Position numbers and translations under genes: made by a program | In this document: one piece after another, positions 35,293 to 45,327 of the stretch | Layout: every line of letters begins with the position of its first letter | Numbering within the stretch: the stretch's first letter is position 1 | DNA from: Moniliella sp. 'wahieum' | Lineage: Eukaryota | Direction: 5' to 3' | Length of the DNA stretch: 45,327 bases | Assembly: GCA_003971905.1 (NCBI GenBank) | Contig: RSEE01000087.1 | Span: forward strand, 248,001 to 293,327 | Notes under the pieces: model-generated | Told to the model about the DNA's origin: nothing | The model's input: the letters and a program-made list of their open reading frames with translations, nothing else | The model's database searches: none

Positions 35293-36383
35293 ATGCGCTC
35301 GTCCGTCCTGCTCGGCTCCGTTGTCCTCCCGCTCTTGGCCCAGGCCCACACTCCCCACAGCTCCCCCCATGCGCATGGCCTCCGCCATCGGGGAGCCGCT
35401 CGGCATGACACCTCCGGTACCTTCTACCACATTCAGCAGGGCGACCTTGGGGCCTGCGGCGGCGCCCTCTCCCCTGATGGTTTCACCGTCGCCTTAGCCC
35501 ACCCATGTACGGCAACCTCGATTCCCAGTCGCAGTATTGCGGCCAGACCATCACTATCTACGCAAATGGCAAGTCCCACACTGCCACCATCGCCGATGCC
35601 TGTCCCACTGGCCAGGGCAACTGGGTGGCTCCGACCTCGACATGACCAAAGCCCTTTCTCCTACTTCTCTCCTCTCAGTGCCGGTAAGATCCCCATCACT
35701 TGGGTCTTTGGCGATGCCGAGGCGGCCTCCTCTCTGCTGCTGCATCCCAGTCGGCCGCAGCTGCCTCCTCTCTGCTGCTGCATCCCAGTCGGCCGCAGCT
35801 GCCTCCCTGCGGCTGCGGCTTCCGCATCCCACGCTTCCGAAGTGTCCGCCTGGCTTGCTCACGCTTCCTCCATGTCGGCATCCAAGGCATCTGCTCCAGT
35901 GCTTCTGCCGCCTCCGCGTGGCGTGCCTACGCTTCGTCCATGTCAGCGTCCAAGGCGTCTGCTTCGGCCGCTTCTGCCGCGTCGGCTTCGGCCGCTTCTG
36001 CCTCTTCGGCTTCGTCGTTCTGTCTCTTCGGCTTCGGCCGCTTCGGCGTCTTCGGCTTCGGCCGCTTCGGCGTCTTCGGCTTCCGCCGCTTCCGCTTCTT
36101 CGGTTGCCGCTGCTTCCCTGGCATCCATGCAGAGCTTGCTTCTGCTGCCTCCGCCAGCTTGGCTTCCGTTGCTTCGGCCTCTTCCGCCGCAGCCCTGCAG
36201 GTCGGGGTTTCAGAGTTGTCAGAGGAGGCTACGACCATCTTCCCCTTTTCAGCTGTGCCAACCAAGCCTTCCTGTGCCTAGCTCGAGTGCCATCGCATCC
36301 TCTACGCCGTAGGTAACGTGAACCGGGTGGGTGTTATCAATAATGCCTTTGTCCAAATCGCCAACAACGCACACCAGGCTTGA
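35293..36383 (+). CDS. Secreted expansin/loosenin-like protein (RlpA-like double-psi beta-barrel) with Ser/Ala-rich tail
   Basis: Signal peptide MRSSVLLGSVVLPLLAQA. GTFY..GDLGACG..FTVAL..YCGQTITIYANGKSHTATIADACP..SDLDMTKALFSYFSPLSAGKIPITW, reconstructed across indels. Long SA repeats follow. Probable end AVGNVNRVGVINNAFVQIANNAHQA* at 36383. Confidence 0.85.
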
Positions 36384-36619
36384 GGCTTAACTCGCCATCC
36401 CTCTTCCCCGCCCCCCACCCCCCACAGCTTGTTACGGACATCACGCTCTTTGCCTTCTTGCTTTGTGACCCCATGCCGGCAGCTGCGTTTTGATTGGCCT
36501 CCTCTCTTTTGGTCTGCTGAACCTTCCTCTTTGCGGGTCATCAAGAGTATTCATTGTATGGCAGCCAGTTTCTGGTTTGCTCTGTATATTCCCTCCTCAG
36601 CTGGTCACCAAAAGTATCT

Positions 36620-37483
36620 TCATTGCATGCTCGCCAGTTTATTGAGTACCGGCAAGGCCTCCGTCCATGTGGGCGTATGAACAAAAACTTTGGCCCTCTC
36701 AGGCAGAGGCTGGGACCAAAACTGCCACTTGGTACACTGGGATAGCGGGCATCCAGCCGTTTCCCATTGGATAGGCGTATAGACCGAGCCAGGAAAGAGC
36801 GTGGTCAATGCAGTTTTTAGCTTGGCAGCTGGGCCCAGCAGCAGGCCCACCTGCACCCTTAACAGAGCCTCGATGTCAGTCAAGCTGTCACCCGCATATA
36901 CCGAGATGGCATTGGCGGGCAGAAGGGCATCCAGAGCGCGCCGCTTGTCTCTCGCCACCCGGATGCCGCTTCGGCCTTGGGGCTCGTCGCGCGCCTTGGT
37001 CAGACGGCCCGTTCCTTCCCACACCCCATCAACACATTGCATCTCCACCTCATTCGCAGTGATACTCTCCGGCTTAATAGATCCCCCCGAGGGGCTTGCT
37101 AGCGCCAGGGCCATTAGCCGTGCACTCCATCCCACCGAGACGAGATGAAGGGGGACATGATTTTGCTGCAGCCAGGCTGCGACTTGTTGCCAACCGGGAC
37201 GGAAAGTCACTTCCTGCGCTCGTTCGTCCAGTTCGTCGCGCTTCATGTGAAGAAACAGGCCGGAGGCTTCTACCCGCGCTTGGCTCCGCAGTTCTACCTC
37301 GTCCAGCGCGGCCAAGTGGGCAAGGAGCGGGTCCAGTCCATCGGTGAGGGCGGGAGCCGGAGGGATCAGCCACATACGCCGCAGAAAGCTGTTGAAACAG
37401 CGCGGCCTTGGTCGGGGGCGCAATGAGGGCGAGCGTATCGGCCGACGTGATGGTCTCATCCCAGTCGCTGACAGGACGAGCAT
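36620..37483 (-). CDS. HAD-superfamily phosphatase (Cto1/YCR015C, thiamine-phosphate phosphatase-like)
   Basis: Motif I DWDETITSADTL just after ATG 37483 (one indel). Motif II HLVSVGWS, then SITANEVE, motif III RDKRR and motif IV VYAGDSLTDIEALL. 3' end approximate. Confidence 0.82.
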   Translation of the reverse strand: MLVLSATGMRPSRRPIRSPSLRPRPRPRCFNSFLRRMWLIPPAPALTDGLDPLLAHLAALDEVELRSQARVEASGLFLHMKRDELDERAQEVTFRPGWQQVAAWLQQNHVPLHLVSVGWSARLMALALASPSGGSIKPESITANEVEMQCVDGVWEGTGRLTKARDEPQGRSGIRVARDKRRALDALLPANAISVYAGDSLTDIEALLRVQVGLLLGPAAKLKTALTTLFPGSVYTPIQWETAGCPLSQCTKWQFWSQPLPERAKVFVHTPTWTEALPVLNKLASMQ

Positions 37484-38513
37484 GAGGTGGGAGCCTAGTG
37501 GAGAGACGATCGAGATGCCGGGGTGGTAGAGACAGGTAGAACGGATGGCACGAGGGACCGTCATGTCGTCATACCCTCCTCTGATTTCAAATTGCAATAC
37601 CTAGCCGAAATTGTGATGGACACGTGATTCGGCCCATTGGTATCCAACGCATGCATCATCACCATCACTCTCTCGCGAGCGCCACAGGCGCTTGGCCCTA
37701 CTACATGGCCCCTAAACAGTCGGAGCGAAACGAGGGAGATCAAGGTCCAAATTAATCAAACAAGAGACGAGATGACATCAATGGCAAGAATGCTCAACGT
37801 TCAACCAACGTTCATGCTCATAGCCGGAAACAGGAGGAGGCGTCGGACAGGGAACAAGCGCAAAAGGGAGAGGGAAGAGAGTGAGATGCAAGGATGGCAC
37901 TCTTGTGAGAATTGGAAACTGGAGCGATAAGCGCCTAAGCCGACCCGCTCATCCGGGGTTTCCCGCCATCCGTTGATTTACTATCGCTCCCCATCAAGAC
38001 AGTACTGTGGCGCCTAAGAGAAATTTATAATCATCAGGGCCTCTTCTCTTCGAATGCATAGAGTTGTTGTCTCAGAGTTATGGGATCAGGCCTGAGCCTC
38101 AGGTTTTATCTACGCAGCCGCACGACAGCCGCCATTCAACCTAGTCACGTTGGACACTGATCGCTAGCTGCCCCACACGCAAGGCACGCGGTCAGTGCCT
38201 GGTCGGGTCTGGTGGTGCGGTGCTGCGTTGCGACCGCAGTGAGCGCCTAGGCGGCGCTCGAAGGGCGCAGCGAGGGGCGCAGAGCAATTAATTAGCCCCA
38301 CGCGACGGCGTTATAAGAAGGCAGTGCTTCATCCAGCTGCGCCAACCGGGCGAATCTATCGCAGCGGCTGACATCATATATCATCGACTAGTAACCAGTC
38401 GCTCCCCCTCCCTCCTTCATCACCACAATCCCCTGCCACCACCACTACCACCACCACCACCACTGCCACCCCATCTCGCCACACCCTTATCCTCACCGCG
38501 CACCACATATAGA

Positions 38514-41500
38514 ATGGACAACTTCACTGTGCCTTCCCATCTGCGCACGCGGAATGCGGGCTCTTCCTTCTCGTATCTCAGATCTTCACGGCCACCGCAA
38601 CTCCACCGGCTTCACGCTCAGACGTCACTGCCAGATCTGGAGCATTCCCCTTTCCCCTTCCGGGCTCTTCCCCCCGTCAATCCAGGCCTTCTTTCCTCCT
38701 TGGCACAGCACCTTTTTTATACCTCTAGTTTGAGGTCAGGAAAGTTCACCCCCAAGCAGCTCGGCGACACTCTACTTTGAACTCATCCTTCCTCGCATCC
38801 GCTGCTTTTACGCCGTTGCACCTGCCCAGAATCGCTCCGGGTTCGGCCACCGCTCGATCGATCCCTGGAACGAAACAGCCATCCAAGAAACAGGCCGCCA
38901 AATGACCATTGCTATTGCGTCTGCTCTACAACAGCAACGGCTGATCGTGTCAGTGTTCACCGACAAGCGGCACGTGGCAGACCGTCTACAGGCAGCCCAG
39001 TTCGATCGTGTGCCAAATGGCGACGCACAGGCACACGAAGACGCCAATGACCTTTGGTTTATGCCCTCCTTCATCCTCATCGGCACCACTTTGAACCCTG
39101 AGTTTATCCCGCACGGCGTATTCCCCAAATTGACTCATTGTTACGCCTACAGCTGTCCTACCTCCAGACCTGGAAATCAGGGATGTTATGCGCCCACCTG
39201 CCCCTCCTGCTTGCCGGCTGGAGGAGCGGCGCCCTGGTCCCAGCCAATCCCGACGGTAAGGTCTTCATCCCACATCCCATCCATTTCCGCTCTTTTCCAA
39301 CAGACTTCCCCCCTGCTGCTGCTGACCCACGTCCACTGCTCCCCTGCATATAGCCACGCCGCACTCCTATGTGCCTGTTTGCGCTACTGTCCATTCCATG
39401 CCGTCAACACGTCTCTCTCCGCCAGTACCTCCGCCCGAGCAGTTGAGACGACAGTACCCCCTCGGGAACAACTGCAGCTCCAGGAGCAAGAGAGCCAACA
39501 CCTGATTCCTTCCACCCTTACACACCCCGATACGGCGGCCTTGTTCGTCAGTGATGCTCCACCGGCAAACGAGCGGCTGGACGCAGCCTTGGAGGCCCTC
39601 TTGCACTACGAGATTCCAGGCAACCACATACCGGCATGGGCGGAATTGGTCTTAAATACCCAGTCTGCGCTGTCCACGCTGCCCACGGATCCAACAGAGG
39701 TTCAAAGGCAAAATCATTTGTTCGAGTTCTGCACTTATCATACCTCGCTCGTGGCGGAGTTCCGACTGCTCACCGTAATTCTTCCTGCGGTGGAGCAAGG
39801 GCTCCGTCTTCAATCACCCAGCAGCCCTCCGGTTATATCTGTGCAAAGAAGCTCGGCTTCCATCAACTCACCACCAGCCAATCACCGCTACGAACGCAGT
39901 GGTGTAGAGACCTCATGGCCTCGGTAAACGACCTATTGAAGGTCGCTGAATTTTTTTTGGCCAAACTGCGACAACGCGTGCTTGCATCGGGGCCGCTTGG
40001 CTACATGTCGCGGCTAGGCGATCTGGTGCTGGAGTATGTGGAAGATGAGTTGCTGGAGAGGGCGGCGCTGCGCTACATGGAAGGGTTCTCGATGACAAAG
40101 GTGATGCTGGACCTTGAAAGTGCGCGCAACCCCCGTTTGAACAGCTCACAACAGATATATGCCACAAAGATGTGTCAAAAAAAGTCCAGCGGGATCTCAA
40201 AGGTCTGATCGATAAAGGCCGCACTTTCTTGGGCCGGTACAGCCTCTTGCTCGGTCCGTTAATCAGTAATGATTCCCGCTACTTGTCGGGAGAGGAAGCT
40301 CAGAGGGAGGCAGTGCAATTGGACCGCGCTCGACAGATCATCGACCAACTGGCGGGCCGGATTAACAAAGAATTGCTGCCCCTGACAACTGCCAGGGCCG
40401 ACGCGTTCCTTTTGCACCATACTCTCCTGTGGAAGGGCACCCCGTCCCTCGGCGACACAATGACTATGCAAAGTGTCGGATTATACCAACGGGATGCAAG
40501 GGTGGTGGCCGACTACCCCGTCAAATCTTTCACCGATGGTGCGAGGAAGCTGCGTTTGGTCGTGACTCACTCGTACATGCTCATACTCGAGGTATTCAGG
40601 TTTCTCGCAAAACGTTTTTCAATGAGTCAGGCTTGCCGGGCGAGGCGAACCGTGAATTTTACCAAACATCCTTTCCACTCGATGATCCTGACCTTGAAAA
40701 CTACGGCACAACCAAGGGATCCCGACTATACAAACGCGTACGTCTACTTCGTCCTCCCTCTGCACATTTGTCGTCGGAATGACTGCAAAAAGAGACTGAC
40801 GCACTGCGCAAAGCCCATCCCTCTCGAGGTGGTCGGGATGGGTTTATTCATTAACCCGCCGAGACGCACGAGGGGAAGAAATGGTATCCCTTTTCCGTGG
40901 GCCATGCCGCACATCCTCTGTTAACGCTGTACATTTATCACGATCAACATCGGAAAGATTTGTATACTAAGCTGAGATACCACCCAATGAACCGCGGGCA
41001 TGACACCTTCAGCGCCAGGGGTGGGCCAATGTGTCTCAACCTCCTGTCCAAGGAACCGTTTATTGCTGCCTGTGCAGGCCAGGACGAAGCTCCAGCCCTG
41101 ACCTCAACTAGCGGTATGCACTTGTCTGGCGATTTGGTCAAGGCCATTGTGTTTCGCACCCACGACGATCGCGAGTTCTTGGCGGTGGCTGCACGCTTGG
41201 GGGTGGGTTGGGGAACGTGCGAACGGGAAGATGAGTCAAGTTCTCCATGTGGCAACTGTGGAAGACATCGCCTTGTTTACTTCGCGAGTAGGGGCACTTA
41301 TCAAGGTACACTTTTGCTCCAGTCGGACGGCAACCTGCACGCCCATGCCATTGCCTCCCTTATACCCTCAAGCGTGTCCCCATTCGAAGAGAGGGTTGAG
41401 GCGCTGCAGTTGAACTCGAGAAAGAAAGAGGTGGCGCAGATGACTGTTGGCACGGTGGATCATACGCCAACCCTGGTTTGGCAGCAAAAGGGAATATTAC

Positions 41501-42347
41501 AAGCAAAATGGAAAATTGAGCTTCCGTCAAGTGCGACTCGCATTCGTGAAGGGGCCCGCAGATGGAGGAGATAAATGGGTTCGTACGCACCGACAGCCGG
41601 TCGGCACAGCCAAATCATAAGATTCCTGTTGTGACGCGATGTTTTTTGCAGAGGAAAATCCTTCGTGACGGCCAAAGCACCGGCTCTTTCCGCATCTCGT
41701 TTGACGACACTGATGGCTTGATCATCGTCCATGACGCTGGAGTGGATATGATTGATGTGATGGAACAGACCAAGTGGCCCATCGCTTTTCCCAACTTTCG
41801 CCTCTCGTCTGACTGGGCTGAAGCCCGGGCTGGGTTAACCAACATGAAACCATGAACCAGGGAACGCCCGACATGAGGGAAGCGCACAAAGAGTTGGAAA
41901 AAAGTAGGTACTCGGGATATTTTCCGTGCCATCCTACCCCGGTCCAAGCCGGGGGAAAACAAGATCCTCCTCGCTTATCGCGACTATGGCCTTTTCGTCG
42001 AATCCACGCCCCATGCCTTTGTCGTTATGCCCGACAGCCTGCAAAAACATTCCGGTGGGAATGTAGCCGGTGAGTGTGGTGCAGCAGGGCGAGCACCTGA
42101 TCGGGATCAGTCCGCGCTTCATTGAGATCCGCAGTGTCTATGGAAAGTTGGAGCAGGTCATCAGAGGGCACAACTTCTCCCTCGTCTCAGGGCAAGCGGT
42201 GCGGGTGATGCTCGCGGGAGAGCAGAGAGACGACTTGACCGACCCCCCGCTTCTCCTCCCGTGCTGATCAGCGAGCGGCGTCCGTCCGCCAAAAATCCGG
42301 GGTACGATGAGCAGAAAGTTTATGAATTGGCTCTGGGCTCTTCTTAA
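38514..42347 (+). CDS. Diverged Rom1/2-Tus1-type Rho GEF (DH - PH - CNH)
   Basis: Cys motif GVFPKLTHCYAYSC..GCYAPTCP typical of the pre-DH region of Rom/Rgf GEFs. DH: EVQRQNHLFEF, FLAKLRQR..RLGDLVLEYV, FLGRYSLLL..RINKE. PH ending KPIPLE. CNH: ILLAYRDYGLFV..FRWE..LIGISPRFIEIRSVYGKLEQVIRG, ending QKVYELALGSS*. Candidate intron 39256-39353. Confidence 0.75.
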
Positions 42348-43129
42348 CGGTATTTCGGATTTGGGTGAGCAATGTGACGCATCGCATCTGTTTTTGGAAC
42401 CGTCCGTGTATTACAGCCATAAGAGCGCTGATCCTTTACCTACTACTTCTCACCATCTACTTCCAAGTTTTTCTTACAAGGCCTAGACGTATGTTCAAAG
42501 ATTCAATAGTCCCCTGGCGCATAACAATCGAGGCAGAGGTCACGCCACCGGGCTAGCCCGTATGTGTTAAACGAGGACAAAGGCCTACGGAGAGAGAAGA
42601 GAGAGAGAGGAGGTGATGGATCTATTCCAAGAGAGGAGCCCATTAGGGGCAGAACTAGACATATGTTGTCAGCATCAATTGGTGATTTTCAATTTGAAAT
42701 CGGCACCCACCTTGTTCCAAAAACCACTAGGTGAAAAAAAGCGAGCCCGGTTGGTGAAAATCGTACAAGCTCTGTCTGACCGCGCGGCCGCGCATGCATC
42801 GGTGCAATTCAAAATAGTAGGGTTAGCCAGCGGCGGTTGAATGCAGTGGCCTGGCGTGATCTGGTTGGTTTCTTACCACCACCACCCCACCCCGGTTGGC
42901 ATTGCCCGCCCCCCAAGGTCTGTTGCCTCGTTTAACCCCTCGTTCTGAGCTTCCAATCTTCCACTTCACGCTCCCGCGCCTCATCTGCCACCCCCAGGCC
43001 TCCGCTGACCCACACACTTCTGTGCCGTCTGTCCAGCTTCTGTGTCTCTGCAGCCACCTCCCACCGTCCCTGGCCGGCTTTCTCACGTCCACCTGCCTCC
43101 CCACCCGCCCCAGCGCCGCGCTCCACCTC

Positions 43130-43725
43130 CCACGCACGCCCAGGCCATCCCCGCCTCTGACTCGGCCATCCCCACCGTTGACTCGGCCACCACCGCCATT
43201 CATTCGACCATCGCCACCGTCGGGTCGGTCAGCGAAAGCAGGGAATGGTGCAAGGGATGGTGCATGGCGTTGTGCATGCCTGCTGGCCTCACGATGGCGC
43301 CCTGGCCGTCCGTCGTCACTGGCTCGCCTGCCGCCCCACCGCGTTGAGTTGGCCTTCTGGGTGTTCGGCTTGCCCATCTTGATCCTCGTCTCGGCCCTCT
43401 CCACTTTGCCTCGCCCGTGTCCAAGCAGACCGTGCAGCTCCCCATGCCGCTCCATGCCATTTCATTCCACCTTGCCTCATTCTGACCCGCTCTTTCTCCA
43501 GACTCTGCCCCTCACCACGTCGCTCTTGGCCACGCATTGCCACGGTTGTGTCGCCCACCTCGGCCCTCGTTACGGCCATGCTCCAACGCTTGTGTCGACT
43601 CTGTCTTGCCTTCTGCCCACCGTCTCCAAGCCTGCACTCGTCATCCCCAAGCCTGCTCCTCGTTACCAGCCTTGCTCGCCATCCCCAAGCCTGTGCTCGC
43701 CATCTCCACGCCTCTGCTCCCTGTC
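43130..43725. repeat. Degenerate 21-bp repeats in a low-complexity C-rich region
   Basis: GACTCGGCCATCCCCACCGTT/GACTCGGCCACCACCGCCATT near 43159-43220, and CTCGCCATCCCCAAGCCTG-type copies near 43626-43715. Confidence 0.55.
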
Positions 43726-43935
43726 TTCAACACCAAGCATGTATAGGAACATAGCAATGCATACCATCATCCAGCCTAGCTCTCCATGCCCTCTAGTACA
43801 TGCACCACAGAAGCATCCGAGCACCTGTCATAGATGTTGAAGTGTACAATGACGACGACCGTCGTGGGTCTTTGAGGCCAACCTAACAACGACTGTCCCC
43901 CTTTGTCAAGCGCATCATTGGATAGATGATCAACA

Positions 43936-43976
43936 GGTTGGGTTGGGTCGGGTTGGGTAGGGTTAGGGATGGGGGT
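43936..43976 (+). repeat. Telomere-like G-tract / G-quadruplex motif
   Basis: GGTTGGGTTGGGTCGGGTTGGGTAGGGTTAGGGATGGGGGT has seven GGG runs and one perfect GGGTTAGGG (43960-43968). Confidence 0.75.
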
Positions 43977-44041
43977 GTAACTTTTGAACGGGTGGTCCAA
44001 TCGAGAAACGGAGGGCATATGCTGCAAAGACGACGATTTCC

Positions 44042-45327
44042 TAGCGAGCTATCGCCTCGGCATAACTCTCTCTCCCTTCGGGTAGCGAGCTATCGCCTCG
44101 GCATAACTCTCTCTCCCTTCGGGTAGCGAGCTATCGCCTCGGCATAACTCTCTCCCTTCGGGTAGCGAGCTATCGCCTCGGCATAACTCTCTCCCCTTCG
44201 GGTAGCGAGCTATCGCCTCGGCATAACTCTCTCCCCTTCGGGTAGCGAGCTATCGCTCGGCATAACTCTCTCCCCTTCGGTAGCGAGCTATCGCCTCGGC
44301 ATAACTCTCTCCCCTTCGGGTAGCGAGCTATCGCCTCGGCATAACTTCTCTCCCCTTCGGGTAGCGAGCTATCGCCTCGCATAACTCTCTCCCCTTCGGG
44401 TAGCGAGCTATCGCCTCGGCATAACTCTCTCCCCTTCGGGTAGCGAGCTATCGCCTCGGCAAACTCTCTCCCCTTCGGTAGCGAGCTATCGCCTCGGCAT
44501 AACTCTCTCCCCTTCGCCCTTCGGGTAGCGAGCTATCGCCTCGGCATAACTCTCTCCCCTTCGGGTAGCGAGCTATCGCCTCGGCATAACTCTCTCCCCT
44601 TCGGTAGCGAGCTATCGCCTCGGCATACTCTCTCCCCTTCGGGTAGCGAGCTATCGCCTCGGCATAACTCTCTCCCCTTCGGGTAGCGAGCTATCGCCTC
44701 GGCATAACTCTCTCCCCTTCGGGTAGAGCTATCGCCTCGGCATAACTCTCTCCCCTTCGGGTAGCGAGCTATCGCCTCGGCATAACTCTCTCTCCCCTTC
44801 GGGTAGCGAGCTATCGCCTCGGCATAACTCTCTCCCCTTCGGGTAGCGAGCTATCGCCTCGGCATAACTCTCTCCCCTTCGGTAGCAGCTATCGCCTCGC
44901 ATAACTCCTCTCCCCTTCGGTAGCGAGCTATCGCCTCGGCATAACTCTCTCCCCTTCGGGTAGCGAGCTATCGCCTCGGCATAACTCTCTCCCCCTTCGG
45001 GTAGCGAGCTATCGCCTCGGCATAACTCTCTCCCCTTCGGGTAGCGAGCTATCCGCCTCGGCATAACTCTCTCTCTCCCCTTCGTGAGCGAGCTATCGCC
45101 TCGCATAACTCTCTCCCCTTCGGGTAGCGAGCTATCGCCTCGGCATAACTCTCTCCCCTTCGGGTAGCGAGCTATCGCCTCGGCATAACTCTCTCCCCTT
45201 CGGGTAGCGAGCTATCGCCTCGGCATAACTCTCTCCCCTTCGGTAGCGACTATCGCCTCGGCATAACTCTCTCCCCTTCTGGTAGCGAGCTATCGCCTCG
45301 GCATAACTCTCCTCCCCTTCGGGTAGC
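44042..45327. repeat. 40-bp tandem repeat array (about 32 copies) running off the window end
   Basis: Unit GGGTAGCGAGCTATCGCCTCGGCATAACTCTCTCCCCTTC (e.g. 44641-44680, next copy starts at 44681). Variants are mainly 1-nt deletions or a change in CT count. Confidence 0.97.

Noticed and set aside
35725..35806. 38-bp direct duplication in the expansin-like gene
   Set aside because: It is an ordinary expansion within the Ser/Ala-rich linker, not a mobile-element footprint.
10407..37483. Programmed frameshifting or a pseudogene cluster
   Set aside because: Indels affect nearly all genes, lack consistent slippery sites and leave catalytic motifs intact. Sequencing error is the simpler explanation.
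44042..45327. CRISPR array or coding repeat (ORFs 44170-44382 and 44729-45106)
   Set aside because: Units are head-to-tail with no unique spacers, there are no cas genes and the context is eukaryotic. The ORFs merely cycle through the frames of a 40-bp unit.
1..45327. Biosynthetic gene cluster, tRNA/rRNA genes or intact transposon
   Set aside because: The genes are functionally unrelated with no backbone enzyme. I saw no cloverleaf, rRNA, transposase, RT or integrase motifs by eye, though a covariance-model scan was not possible.

Overview
Eukaryotic (fungal) genomic DNA, most likely a GC-rich basidiomycete. Short GT..AG introns with CTRAC branch sites are present, and the genes are fungal housekeeping or signalling types. 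Almost every long gene carries several 1-nt indels, so this looks like an unpolished long-read assembly rather than a cluster of pseudogenes. Genes recognised: DPM3, a Zn(II)2Cys6 transcription factor, an unannotated 77-aa spliced microprotein, an aldose 1-epimerase, a VPS9-domain region running directly into a phosphopantothenoylcysteine decarboxylase (apparent fusion), a Pro-rich hypothetical protein, a PBDC1/Ypl225w-like protein, an F-box-like protein, a Tvp38/VTT protein, a Cdc25-like SH3-RasGEF, a DUF1295 membrane protein, a secreted expansin/RlpA-like protein, a HAD phosphatase, and a strongly diverged Rom/Tus1-type DH-PH-CNH RhoGEF. The window ends in about 1.29 kb of a 40-bp tandem repeat, preceded by a telomere-like G-tract. 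Intergenic DNA repeatedly shows a 7-bp-periodic (TNA-NNNN)n pattern with variable, often palindromic, 4-bp spacers. Gene ends are approximate where indels obscure the frame.
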